Positions 38,931-51,917 are shown, numbered from the stretch's first letter. The stretch is DNA of 64,000 bases from Camelus dromedarius (GCF_036321535.1 NC_087437.1:73286001-73350000); one strand, 5' to 3'. Notes: generated by a model not told the origin, from the letters alone. Translations and numbers: made by a program.

Positions 38931-40744
38931 GATGTATCTTCTATGCCCCAGGAAACAAGAGGCTTGAAGAAAGGTTCTGTTGCAAATAAAGAATAGCAGT
39001 AGGAGACGAGTACACTGCAGGGAAAACTACACAACGAAAAACATAGTGAGCTTTAGACTGTTGTGAAAGAGGAACTAGGAAAGCATTCCCAAAAGATGGA
39101 TGAAGAAACTGTACTATCTCTATGAGTAAACAAGGCCATAAAATTAATGAGGGGACCAGTTCATTTAGTTTACAGCACATTTCTTTAGTATTTACTAAGT
39201 GCATGTTACCGGGAAGCCTAGCACAGGTAAGAATTTTATAGTGCATGCCTCAAAGAGCATGGACTTCTCCAATTTTAGAACATATAAGAAAGCCCGGGAT
39301 AGGGGGACCCTCACAGAAGAGGCAATAAATCACTGCCATTTAAGAATTAATCTAAATTCCTATCCCATTATGTCAGAGTAATCCTAAATGGTGCAGATGC
39401 TCTATTTCAGTGTGCTGTGCAAAGAACCTGGCGATCGGCTACTGCAGCTATAATGCACATTCCCGGAGCTTGGGCTGCCTACAAAACAGGCAGCCAAGGC
39501 CGGTGTTTAGGATGGGGTCTGCACACTTCCCCTTGAAACGCAAAGCTGCAACCATAAGTGGATAAGCACTCTGGGGATTTATTTCTGTTTCAGTGTGTTT
39601 TAGCAAACCAGTTATGGGGAGAGTATCTAGTATCAGCTGAGGCTTACATCCTTAAGCCTCACTCACTGACCTTTAAGAGTCTATTCCAAATTTAAATGGC
39701 CATCGTCAAGTAGTCTAGGCTCCAAATTTAGAGCTCATCAGGTTAATTTTGGATGGTATTTTTTGGTTGAGGGGGCTGGTTGATCAAACCCTTTTAAAGC
39801 TCCTTTCTATTCCACTCAGTATTTAGAGAGAACAGATGGGAGGCACCAGGATCACCAATTATATAGCTTCTGTGACCCAAGTAGAGGGGCCAACAGCTAT
39901 AAAATCTACCAGTTTGTTCAAGAAATAGCATAGCTGACAGAAAGGTAAAGAGGATATTGAACTGGCTGGCTTTTGAGAGAGGTGTCTATATCCTGAGATT
40001 TCTTTTCTAGAACTACACTGAGAATGTGAAAAAAAAAAGATGCAATAGTGGGTTCTTGGTAGGGAGGGTGAAAGACAGGTCAAAGGGCTCTGAAATTCAG
40101 TTCTTCCAAATCTCTTTCCCTAGTGCAAATGATCTCTATCTCCCCTAGGTCCAGGGTACACTTTTCTGACACTAATTCAACAACCTGCTTCCCAGCAGGA
40201 CCCTAGAAACCATCATCAAGGTGTAAGACATTTTTAAAGCTCACTAAAGGAGGCAATGCACCACAGTATCTCCTCCTCTGTAACAGCCAGTATTTATAAA
40301 ATACCTCCTTATCAAGGAGAGCTCCGACTGGAGTTATCTTTCTATTGGAAAACAATTGCAAGAATCTCTGCACCTTCAGTTACGTTAACTCACTGATGGG
40401 ATTATAAGTAATAAAGTCAGATGTCCTCTTTCTGTGTTAGCTTGCTAGCAAGGGCAGTAAACTAACTCTGAGGTAGCACAGTGATACAGCAATGATGGTG
40501 CCTGGAATTTACCCTTTGATGCCATATAACCATCATCTTTTACAGAACTGTTGGCCACCCAGGTAATTGAAGGGGGGTGGAATTACCACTGCAGAACTAC
40601 CTGGATAGTTTGTCTGACAAAGCATGGCACCTAAAAAAAAGGAAACAAACATACAAGCAAGAAATAGAGGCAGCACAACATGAATCAAAACATTTCTTTG
40701 GTATCCTATGAGAAATCTATGTTAATATTCTATCCCCTTGAAGC

Positions 40745-42222
40745 TTAGGCTGGAAATGTGTACTATTTTATTTTAGTGCTTTATGTCACTTTCCCCTAAT
40801 ATATGACAAGTCTGCAGTGTTTTTTACATCTGTGACAGACCTATAATCTCCCAGAGCACAGAGTAAAGCAATGCTTTCCTTAAGATGTGCGGGAGGGTGA
40901 TTGACACCTGCACGTGTACCTGTGCTCGCTCCTCTGCTCTCACCACTATAATTGCTACCTTCAAGCTCAGCAAGGAAAAGTTGGCAAAGGGAAGTGAGAA
41001 AACTCCCGACAGATATTGGCAGGCACCAAGGTGTTGCAGGATACACTGGTAAGTCAGTCAATTGTATTATTTGCACTTTAGCATCTCTTCACTCTAATTG
41101 TTTACCAGGGAAAGTAGGGGGGGAGGGATCAAGGATCACATGATTAGCACATATGCCATATTAAGGTAGGGGTTTTTTTTTGTTTTTTTTTTTTAGCTTT
41201 TCAGACTTTCTACTTGGCTTTAAGAGCATGAGTTATTTCATGGTGATTTTCCAGCAGGCTTTTTTTCTGAGGTAGATAAAACATGGACAGCAAGTAGTCT
41301 GAAGAATGCAGAGGGTAGCTGAAACCTGGGTGGATAGGATTAGTTTGAAAGAAATTTCAGTAGTGAAAGCCGAGCCTGTCACATACAACACCACAGAAAA
41401 GAGGGAAAAGGCTCAAGGCTGTCCACCATTTAGACAGGGCTTTTAGAATTTAATAGGTGGGAACTAGGCTAGTCTGGCCTGTAAAGAGCAGAACTGTGGG
41501 AACAATGACCAAGTGAGAGAAGAACCTTGGTTTGTACACAGCTAATCAAGACCAGGCAGACAACAGCAAGAAATATGCATCCCTCGGGATGACAGTGATC
41601 ACGAAGGAACACATATTACAATAGCCCAAGAGTCTAAAAGCAACCAACAGGCTTGAAGGTTTATACTGCATTTGGTTGTTATTTTGGGGATAAATGGCAA
41701 ATTTTGCCTCTTTCTTCCAGCCTCTTGTTTGTAAGCAGGTATTGTAATTATATTAAGCATGCCAGGGAAAGCCAAATCCCAACTAAATAATCAGTGAGAT
41801 GGATTTTGAGCTCCTTTTTCTGCCTGTTTGAGTTATAGATGAACAGGCTGGACTGCCTGAGACCCAGCAAGGTTAATATTCCCAGCTGGGGCCTTTCTGT
41901 CTGGAGAATCACGGCTGTCATCCCAGGCAGATGCTCTGCTTTTAAATGAACGTGCCATTGTAGGCCAAATGTTAGTAGTTAAACACCATCATCACAAAAA
42001 CACACAAAGCTAGAGTCAAGTTCACAAACACAGCTGGTGGTTAAAAAATTCTTAATGGAGGGAAGGAATCCGCTGTTGGCTCCAAGCCATTTATCACCAC
42101 TTCTGATACACTTAGACCAGGTCTGCTTTATATGAGAATAAAATCATACCTACTGGCCTCAGTTTCTCTCCCCAGTCTAAGAATAAACATTTGTTAGAAC
42201 ACCCATTGGAAAAAGAGGATAG
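40745..42222 (-). other. NECTIN3: Putative NECTIN3-beta 3' UTR (3' end uncertain)
   Basis: Follows the stop codon and contains no repeat I recognise. Candidate poly(A) signals on the minus strand are ATTAAA at 41449-41454 and AATAAA at 40767-40772. Confidence 0.45.
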
Positions 42223-42402
42223 TCACACGTAGTGTTCCCGCGGGTTGATATAGACCCTCTCCGGGTCATGGTTTGGATGATGCTTGCCAGGGCTCTGGTC
42301 TTGGTAGCACATCTGATCGTAGAGGGGGTACATCTGCTGAATCCCATCTGCCCCCGCTGGATTCTCATCTTCATAGTCAAATCTCCTGCTATTCAGTCCA
42401 TT
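42223..42402 (-). CDS. NECTIN3: Nectin-3 beta isoform, terminal coding exon (59 aa + TGA; cytoplasmic tail ending REHYV)
   Basis: Minus strand reads ...gctaatgtaagcaatgtttgaatttttag|AAT GGA CTG AAT AGC AGG AGA TTT... = NGLNSRRFDYEDENPAGADGIQQMYPLYDQMCYQDQSPGKHHPNHDPERVYINPREHYV*. Phase-0 AG acceptor at 42403-42404 with a branch-like CTAAT upstream. Matches my recollection of the nectin-3 beta C-terminus and carries the E-x-Y-V afadin PDZ-binding motif. Absent from the ORF track because it is a spliced frame. Confidence 0.95.
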   Translation of the reverse strand, partial: NGLNSRRFDYEDENPAGADGIQQMYPLYDQMCYQDQSPGKHHPNHDPERVYINPREHYV

Positions 42403-43217
42403 CTAAAAATTCAAACATTGCTTACATTAGCAGAGCAGCTATTTGCATTTTTCCTAGCTCTTGGGTAAAAACAGGCAGAAACAGAATACGTTACAGTCTG
42501 TGTCCCTGATTCGTTATTTCACACACTGTTGAATGGCAAGGTAAAGTTCAACAACTTACCATTTTCCAGTCATTTGTTGCTTACGATCCCTGAAAAAGAG
42601 TGGTGACATCTCCTAAATAAAAAATGGTGACTAATGGGGACTGTAGTCAGTTTCAGGTTTTGGAATTTGGAATTGGGATCAGTTAAGGTAAACTGAAGAA
42701 GAACAAGGTTGTGAACCTCAGGAGTCTCAGCAAGGCTCAAGCTTGGAGTCCATGCATGGGGTAATACAGAGTATTAAATCAAACAACCCAAACAAAACCA
42801 AAGGAAGCCACAGGATTCAGCACTGGAGAATTAGGGAGGAGACAGAGAGAAATGATCTGGTATTTGACCATATGTCCAATGCGGGTGAAAATAAGAAATG
42901 CTGTCAAAAATAGCCTCCTGTCTTTACCTTTCTTCCTTACTTGACTTTGGGTCCCAGGTGACAGCATAAAATGAACCTCCCCACCCCAATGCCCTATGGT
43001 GTCTCTGACCCTCTGTCAGATTATTGGTTTTATAAACTTGATTACTTCTAAGAGGAATAAGCAAGCTCAAGGACTTTACAAAATCACACTACAGATGCTC
43101 AGATAGTAGAGGTGAGTAAAATGAAATTTCATGGAAATAAAATGGTATTTGAATAAACATGGTGGCCACCGGCTGGGCGTGGGCAGATTCCTTCCACCCG
43201 AGGTGTGTGTTACTTAC

Positions 43218-43280
43218 AGAGTGCTGGAGACTGCCAACCTCTCTTTCTTTGAACTGAGTCTGCAGAGGCAAGTGTTCAGT
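43218..43280 (-). CDS. NECTIN3: Nectin-3 beta isoform, penultimate coding exon (63 bp, 21 aa)
   Basis: Minus strand ttttctgtcttctccctccag|ACTGAACAC...CAGCACTCT|gtaagt, a strong acceptor and a consensus donor. Encodes TEHLPLQTQFKEREVGSLQHS, phase 0/0, in frame with the terminal exon across an 815-bp intron. Confidence 0.95.
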
Positions 43281-43779
43281 CTGGAGGGAGAAGACAGAAA
43301 AAGACTTGTACTTTAAAGCACCAAGCACATGATAAAACAGATCAATCAGGACCACTAAGACTCCTATTTTTAAAAGAGCCAATCAAATCTTGTTAAATGT
43401 CTGCCAACTAAGCAAAATGCTCCACATGAGGATGGGAAAAGCAACTAAATTTCTTGAGAGTGTGCCTCCCTTCTGGCTCCAGACTTCTTGTAGAAGGAAG
43501 AAAATACACAGAACATCTGCTCCAGGCACTCTCGTGCAAACTGGATTACATCTTACTTGAGGGAGCACTCCACACAGAAAGTGGTTTGGGGTGGTAATGA
43601 AAAGTTATCTTTTGTTTTTACCTACGGATGTATACGTGGTCCGCTTTCTCTTCCTGCTGCCACCCCCTATCCCCCGACCCCATACAGATCATAAAGGGGA
43701 CTTATCGTTTTCAGACCTCACCCTAAGAAGAATCTCTCTCAGCTTCCCTTTGGCTTATAAACACATACTTACCCTTCAG

Positions 43780-44530
43780 CCTCAAGTTCAAATATCATCT
43801 CTTTCAGGAAGCATAGCACAAAACCCTCGGGCAGAGAGAGCCGTTCCCCTTTCTGTGCTTTCACAGTTTGTATTACCACAATTATTTGTTTATTTGCTTC
43901 TCTCCTCTAGATTGAGGGTACTGGTCGGAGTATTTTACAAACATTATCTCATTTAACCTTTATAATAATTCTGTTAAACCAATGTCTTTATTTTACAGCT
44001 GACTAAAACTGAGGCTCAGAGTGGTTAATTAAGATGTCTCCAGTCACACAGCTGGTAAGTGGTAGATGCTTTGTCTGATTCCTAACCCTATATATTTATA
44101 CCCTCTGCTTCTACTCAGTGCCTGGAAAAATAGATGTTCAATAAATATAAAGGAATGTCTGAAAGTCCCAGCATGTAGGCATATCTATCAACATGTTCTC
44201 CCCTTCGCTGTCTTTGCTTCTGCTGTCCTTTTGGCCTGGAAGCTGTGCCACTTAGCCTCTGGCACTTGAAATACTACCCATCTTGGCCTGACTAAAGTCT
44301 TTTTTTCCCCCTCCAAGGCTTTTCCACACTATCCATCAAAGTTAATTTCCTCCTACTTTTCCCATTGTTCTTGTTTATATGTCCATTATGGCACACATCA
44401 TGGCCTGTCTGTTTTATAGTCCCCAGTGTCTGTATCTTTCAACCCCAGTAAACAATGACTCCTTCTTAGCCATCCTCACAGCCTAGTTCCACAATAGTAA
44501 GAAGTCATTAGTTAATAACTTTACTGAAAT
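43780..44530. mobile_element. L2 fragments with an inserted MIR (~43940-44110)
   Basis: MIR core ttttacagctgactaaaactgaggctcagagtggttaa, with the L2 tail cagtgcctgg…tagatgttcaataaata. Confidence 0.6.
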
Positions 44531-44686
44531 CTCAACTATCAATTCTTATCTCATGTCATATGTCATGTTATCCAAATTACAAGTTACCTGTGGCAAATTC
44601 GTTCCCCTGTCATATTCTGCATGATTCTAGGGTGCTCCCACATGCCCAGTTGATGCAGACAGTACACACTGGTCAAAGTCCAAAGC

Positions 44687-45201
44687 GGGGCCTGATTCAT
44701 GGACGAGTGACCAGTCACACTGTGCCTTATGCTTAGAAGGTTCCCACTTTGGGGATCAATGTTCCGTGGTTGCCATCTTAGATTTCTTAATCATTTTATT
44801 GTGAATTTGTGTTTTGTAAGTGGGCTAATGGGACAATGAGGCGTGTTTCAGGGACTTGGAGCCTCAGCCCAAGGGTGTCCTATCTCTTGCTGCTTATCTT
44901 TGATATGATTCTTGGCTGCCACTCCCCGACCTGGTGTCCCAAGCACCCCTGCCCCTCTCCCTGCCCCTGTCCAGTGACTGCTGCTGCCCTCTGCTGTGGC
45001 AGGGGCCTGAGCGCTGGTACAGGGAAGGTTGGGGTCAGGAGTGCATGCCCTCTGCATCATGGACCTGGCAGGTGGCTGGAGGACACATCTCATTCACACT
45101 CATCTAGGAACCTGGTATCACCATCTTAATATTTAAAATTTTTAAACAAGCCCTGCATTTTCACTTTGCGCTGTGCCTCCCAAATGATGTAGTTGATCCT
45201 G
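44687..45201. mobile_element. MER45-family (hAT-Tip100) DNA transposon
   Basis: Left end ggggcctgattcatgg…gccatcttagatttcttaat. Right end ctgcattttcactttgcgctgtgcctcccaaatgatgtagttgatcctg. Confidence 0.7.
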
Positions 45202-47344
45202 GTCCAATGAAAACAGACTTAAAAAAAAAAAACTACCTAAAATTAAAATTAGCATTCTCTTTAGTTTCTTTGCTATTTTAGATGAGTCATGGCTTTATGA
45301 GTAATAGTAGCATGGCTACCCTTTTCTCATGGCCTGAGATATCCAATCAGCCACAAGTGAGTGGTACACTTGAAAATATGGGACAAGAAAAGAGAGTTCC
45401 TAGGACTGAATAGGAAGAAATGGTACCTGGACACTAGGAATCATCTTCACTTGCACTGACTGGACAATAAGCAAATGCTAGGTCCTTTTCTCTATCCAAT
45501 ATTGTAACCCTTCATCAGCTACACCTCACATGGGCCCATGAATTTGTAATACAATGTTTTATCACATTCTTTATGTAGACAGACTCCACACATCCTAGGG
45601 ATGACCCTGCGTTAGGGACCAGGGGCTATGGAAAAGCACACTGTGCTTGCTTCTGCATTGTGCGGACATCCAGCTTCTGCAGGATACATGAGGAACTTAA
45701 TTTAATCTAATGGCGGTTGGGTACGCGTGCTGTCTTTCTGCTAGTCTGTAAACTACCTGAAACGTTGCATATTCTGACTTTTTTAAGAAGTTAATCACCA
45801 CAGTGTACAGAAAAGTGTCTTGCATGATACCTCACGTATGTGTGGTGCTTAATGTGTAAGTACTAATTAACCTCTAATACTTTAACTGATGTATACATGA
45901 AACACATTATCCTATTATTATTGCGTTTCTTCCTAGAAAGCCTTGGGCTACCCTAAGTTTCTAACACATATTTTGATTCCCCTGCTTACATGTACAATCT
46001 TGTAGCAATTTCTACTGAGCTACAGCCTATATTCACTTTCCTGATTTACTGAAGTCATGTAGACTTTCATTCCTGACTTTCAGGTGCTAATAAAACTAGT
46101 TCTTCAAGTTTTATTACATATTATCTTAATAAATATTTTTACTTTCTCTGACTTGACGAAGAAACCAAAACCTCAACTCTTTACTATGTGTTATATTTTA
46201 TCCTGTTTCCATGTAGATATTTTTTAAATCCCATAAACAGAGCTTTTAGAGTTACTAAGGCTTATTTTCAGTGATGACAGAACAAAGATTTCAGGTTGCT
46301 ATTGTCAAGAAGTCTACAATAACCCTAGATACCCCGCTTGCTCTGGCAGTGGAAAAACTTCAAACTAGAGTTCCATCTGGAACCATTATCCCCACTACCA
46401 AATTTGAGCCCCGCTGGCCTTCTACATTGCTTGATAATTTTAGTCTCAAAGTGCTCCGTACTTTCTTCCTCAGGACCATGTCTTCCTTGGGCCCAGAATC
46501 TTTCATTCAGATTTATAAACCTTAAACATTGTTCTTTTTAAACACATTCTCCCACCTTTTCATACTTTTCTCTAACATGCTTCCTCCAATTCCTAGCCCC
46601 AACTGATGTCTGCTTCTTCCAGAATGTCCTTAAGCCTGGAGGAAGAAGGACTCCTAACTACTGCAGATCACTCCCACACCTACAAGAACTTCTATAGTGT
46701 TCTCTCATCTCTCAGCTCTCTTCTTGTTTTTTTTTTCCCCATGGATTCCTTCCTCCTGGCAAACGTGTACAACCATCTGTCATCTTAAGAGATAAATGAA
46801 AAGATAATATCTATTAAAACTTCAACGTCTTAAATTCTAAAGGTCATTAGTCTGGAATCTGGCGTGATACAAGCACATAGTACATTTTCAATAAATTCTT
46901 TATAACAGATCATCTTTGATGCAGGAGTTTCTCAGCTACAATATCCAACTGCTTATTTGTGTTCTAGTGACCGTGTTCCCTAATCCACAGAGATGATTTC
47001 ATGACACTAAAGGAATAACACATGAGGGAATGGCTACCACACATAATTCACAAAATATGGATTCCTCAAGGCATAAGGGATATCACATTCCTATCTATTA
47101 AGTATCTCTCTGAAATAATTTAGAAAACATTGCTAAAACTGTGAACCAAGAGTCGATTTTCTATTTTATTAATAGTTGTGAGAGCGGTCTTCCATGTTGT
47201 CTGAGCAACAACTATAAAGATTGTGTTTTAAACAAGCAAAATTTACAACAACATTAATTAGGCACTTGTTTAACGAGATACATAATTGTTACTGTTCTCC
47301 AGGATAATTACCCGAGCTATTCACATGAATGTCTCTTATTATTA

Positions 47345-47667
47345 TAGGAGACCCTTGGCATTCACAGATTTAACATTGCTGGTTTTAACCATTCATGAGT
47401 GGATTTTAAAAGGTTATGAAAGGCTGTAATTTGTAATTTTGTTGAAACGCAAATTTGAATCAGGACTGAGGAGGTTTTTGTCATAGAATAGTCATTTAGC
47501 TAGTTAACAAGCTTAGCAACTAACTGCTCAATACCCATCTTCCAGTGCATCTTGGTTATTCTCAACTCGTGTATGAGTTCTATAAAAACCAGAGGAATTT
47601 AAGATCGTAGGGTTTCTCAAAAGCCTGCAAAGTATCCTCTGTGAATATCAAAGGGATGCTCTATTGT
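47345..47667. mobile_element. TcMar-Tigger-like MITE
   Basis: Imperfect terminal inverted repeats: acccttggcattcacaga … tctgtgaatatcaaagggatg. Confidence 0.55.
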
Positions 47668-47739
47668 TAATCAGTCTTTTCCTTTTCAATTTAGAAATGT
47701 TTCTTTATTAATTTTTAGTTAATTCTTTGGTTAATAGTA

Positions 47740-48636
47740 TCTACAATCAATTATGATCAATGCTACTGTAGATTGTTACTACACATTATACAGATTAAAT
47801 GCATAAAGTCTACCTGGGTTTTATTTCCAAAGACTTGAGCTTTTATTTGCTTACAAATCCTCTTTCCCAATTTCAGGGAAAGAATGGTACACTTTTATGT
47901 TCCATCCATGCACTCCATCCTACAAATCATTTCTTGTTAACACTCTGAGAAGGTGACTGGGAGGTTTCCCCCAGACCTCACATGGTGCCATCACACAGTA
48001 CACGCTCAGTGAACACTTGCAGATGTAAGTCATCCACACACAGGGTCTGTTCTGACTCCCAGTCTCAGCCAGCAGTCCCCACAAAGGTCTTGGGTGCTAG
48101 AGTTATGTTGGGAAACTTGTGCCAACTAGACTAAAAACCTGAGGGTCTGAATTCCTAACTGGAAGGAACGAGGCAGAGTTAGGTCTGGATTAGTTCATGA
48201 GAAGAGAGTAAACATCATGAAAATAGGTTCTAGATCCTTAGTACGCAGAAATCTTACAAAGAAAGATGCAGGAGAGGGTCTAAGATTAAAGGAAGAGAAA
48301 AACGGGACAAAGAAGTTGGCTCAATAATGTCAACATGGTTAAAACAGACCTCATTAGGCTCTGTTTAGGCAAAAGAATAATTGTAACTTACAAGGACTGA
48401 TGAAAGAGTCTTCCCTTACTAATAATTTTTAATAATTAATAATAATTTAATAATAACTAATAATAGCTAATTCTTTAATTTCTAGTTTCTACAATCAATT
48501 GTGATCAATGCAGATTGCCACTACACATTACACAGATTAAATGCATAAAGTCTACCTGGGTTTTATTCCCAAAGACTTGAGCTTTTATTTGCTTACAAAT
48601 CCTCTTTCCCAATTTCAGGGAAAGAATGGTACACTT
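47740..48636 (+). repeat. Spaced direct duplication of ~150 bp (47740-47894 and 48488-48636)
   Basis: Near-identical cagattaaatgcataaagtctacctgggttttatt-ccaaagacttgagcttttatttgcttacaaatcctctttcccaatttcagggaaagaatggtacactt in both copies. Confidence 0.95.
48419..48465 (+). repeat. Imperfect (TAA)n low-complexity tract
   Basis: taataatttttaataattaataataatttaataataactaataata. Confidence 0.8.
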
Positions 48637-51593
48637 CTAATGGTTCAGCCCAGGGCTGAGCATTAATGGTCATTTGCTGTAGGATAATACATTATAACAT
48701 TAATTTAGAGGGCATTTTCCCTCTTGTTTTATTGTTTGTTTATACCCTTCAGTGATATGGTTAGTACCTTAAAATGCAATGTCCAATCTTCTAATTTATA
48801 ATATTAAAGACAGCAATGAGGCAATTACAAGCAGAAGTAACCACAGGATGTCCTCCTGGCAAACTTCTCAAGTGTAGGCTTAAATCATGAGACTTATAAG
48901 ATAAAAGAACATTAGATACTTTATCCAATGAGGTAGCACTGGGTTTTTCTCAAGTAGCCACAGAATTATAACAGCCTAGTTGAAAACGCTGTTTTATCCA
49001 AAAAGAAGACAGTGTTCTTATCCTTGGTAAACAAATTTCATTAATTCTACTGAGTATACATTCTAAATTTTAATTTTTCAAAGTAAAATTTGATATGGCA
49101 CATTTTAAAGAAATTTCTTATCTTGGCTGTGGTCTCACTTAAACCTTACCTCAAAATACACATGAAAGTGATACTTCACCTAAATTGTAATATATGCAAA
49201 GTACCTAATTAAGGCAGACAGATGATAAAGCTCATAGAAAATTATTTGCAGGCAAAGGAGACACATACAATACTAAGATGTCCCCAATCATAAATCCTAC
49301 CCATTTAAAGGATACAAATCAAATGATTTTGCATTCATATGTGCTATTTTCCATAACCAATAAATACCTGCACATTGTAACATCAGAATGCTATGTCATC
49401 CTTGTCACAATGGGCATCTTTCCTCTTCAGCTCCTTGCCCTGATGCTGCACCAGATGACCTATGCATACCACTTTATCTCCTAATTTGCCTACAAGGTAA
49501 ACCTTCAATTCAGAGCTGTCAGTGTATTTTCATCCATGCACAAAAACACCCTTAAAGAAGATGTTAATTGCCTGTTATGTATCAGGTACAGCATTGTACT
49601 CCAAGCTACTATGTGCAGAAATATTATCTTATACATGCTAACATAAGAACCAAATGCTAATTTCTCTCTAGAAACTATTAAAATAGACCTTCCCAAATAT
49701 CATATTTAATCTAACATTTAAGTTCCGTAACTTCTGACACTGGAAAAAGATAATTCTGGTAAGAATTTCTTTGTGGTTAAGTAAGTCATGCTATTCTTAG
49801 CAAAAGATAAAAAATGTAAAAAGAGCCTCCTAAAATCTTTACTAGTAAACATATTTTAGATTGTGAAACAAAAGGCAATACACCAAATATAGAACACCAC
49901 TATTCTTTTACTCCTACCGAATGATGAGATAATACAAGAATCATTTCCCTTACCAATAAACTACTGATTCTATTGAGCATGTAATTAAAAGGTAGAAAAT
50001 GAAATATGAATAGGTCTTTATCTGTTTGCTTAATGATTACTATCCCATAAACCATCTAAAGGATCCTTAAATATATTTAATTAATAATTATATGTATTTT
50101 TTCCTTGGGGTCTTACATTTAATTGAAGCACATTTTTCATCACTTTCCTGAAAAGAAAAAAGAAATATATATATATAGGTAACATACACTATTTTTTCTT
50201 CTAAAGAAAAATAACCTAGTAACAGTAAAGAAGGTGAGATGGAAGAGAAATCGCCTGGCGTGGAAAGCTAATATTAACCCTCAGGGACAGCAATTTTGTA
50301 AACACAAAACCAAAGTAGGCAGTTCTGTTTGAATTAGAGAAGTAGCTGTAATCCCAACTTGGCATTTCCCTGAACACAGGCACTGATGCCTTGAGGGACC
50401 TGCACAAAAACACCTTGAACTGGAATCTGCTCATGAGTTAAACACGACCAGAACATGTCAGTGACTGGAACAGAGCTCACAGCACCAGTGGTTCAAGGAG
50501 AAGAGTGAAACAGATGACACAAAAGGAGGGGAATCCTTCTGGTGGAGATAATGGTGCTTAGCTAGTTAAAGTCAAGGATCTTTTTAAGTCTTCAATCCAC
50601 CCTACAGAGTCAGTATTGAGTGTTCAAGATAGGCTCTTACTAGATGCCATTCCTCTATCAGTAAGAAACACTACTTACTATAAAAGTAAATGATAGTTAA
50701 CATAGCATTTTGTCCTCATGCACACATAATTTAAATGGCCAAACAGAGCTTGGGTAGTTTCTTTTAGCCCCTAGGACAGGCTAACAACTATGAATAACAG
50801 GTCATCTACCTAGTCTGGGATTTGTAAATGCCACGGCAACTGACATTCCTTCACTGGATGCTGAAAGGAGTCAGTCTGTTAGGATTTCTTCTATTTAAAA
50901 CAAAGAACTAAATGTGAACTTTCGGGAAAACAATAGAGTAAACCAAATTAAAAAATACCAACTCAAAAGGCATTTTAAATAATTCAATATTAATGGTATT
51001 AAAGATGACATAAGTTATCTACTCCCTGCCCACGCTGGAATGGCTCTAGGCTGTGGGTGACCCTGGCTGGAATCGATCCTATCTCCAGAGGCCTCCTCAG
51101 GAGCCATGAGAAGGTGCAACTGAAGCAGCAGCAGCCCTTTCCTCAGTCCTATGCAGCCAGTCAGTTCAGACTCAGTGTGTATGAGAAGTGCCATCATGTC
51201 TGGGTTATGTGGCCTGAGATCGGATGGGAATTTTGGTCCTGCTGTCTATGGGAACTGAGCTTTATGGAGATGAGCTTCAGTCTTCTCTAAACAGGCCAGA
51301 AATTAATAGTCTGTCCTCTGAAATAACCTCATCATTAGTAATACTCTACCAATGGAAATGCCAAAGAACTATGGGTCCCCCTGCTCTCCAGGAATTTACA
51401 ACCTTGTTTCATGTGTCTTGTATTCCAAATAGTTAAACACCAAAGCAAGGCAGTTTGAATATAAACCACTTAAAAGTAGAAAGCCTGTCCTACCTTATGC
51501 TTTTACTTTTTCTTTTCTACCACAGTACCCGGCACAAGGACTGTAGGTACATAACCACTACTGATGTGATCTGATTATAACGTCAAATCACTA

Positions 51594-51917
51594 CAGGTCC
51601 ACAATTTCTTACCTGAAAATTTTAGAAAGAGATGTATTTTGGAATTCAGAATTGTTCAGATTTTTGGAAAGGTGACATGTACTTATTTCATGTATTTATA
51701 AACATCTCCAGAAGGATCTCGTACAGAACTCCATAGTCAAACATATAGATTTCTGCAGTGGAAAGATGACCATTCACAATAAGTGAAGAAAGTAATGACT
51801 ATGTATAACTTCATGAGAGTCAGCAGTTCAGGTCAGGTTTTGGTGCAAAATGAGTTAAAAAGTAAGCTTTAGATGCTTAGAGATTTTTAGAAATGTAGAT
51901 AACAGATTGTGGACCTA
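51594..51917. mobile_element. TcMar-Tigger-type non-autonomous DNA transposon
   Basis: TA|caggtccacaat … attgtggaccta|TA: 12-bp TIRs (11/12 match) with TA target duplication. Confidence 0.8.

Noticed and set aside
42177..42509. Three ORFs overlapping the NECTIN3 terminal exon
   Set aside because: Alternative-frame or antisense shadows of the real spliced frame.
43540..43620. Possible additional NECTIN3 exon ending at a CAA|GTAAGA donor
   Set aside because: No convincing acceptor, and the translation does not resemble nectin-3 sequence I know.
49431..49496. Plus-strand exon-like unit (ttcctcttcag|…AAG|gtaaac)
   Set aside because: Isolated, antisense to NECTIN3, with no partner exons or recognisable peptide.
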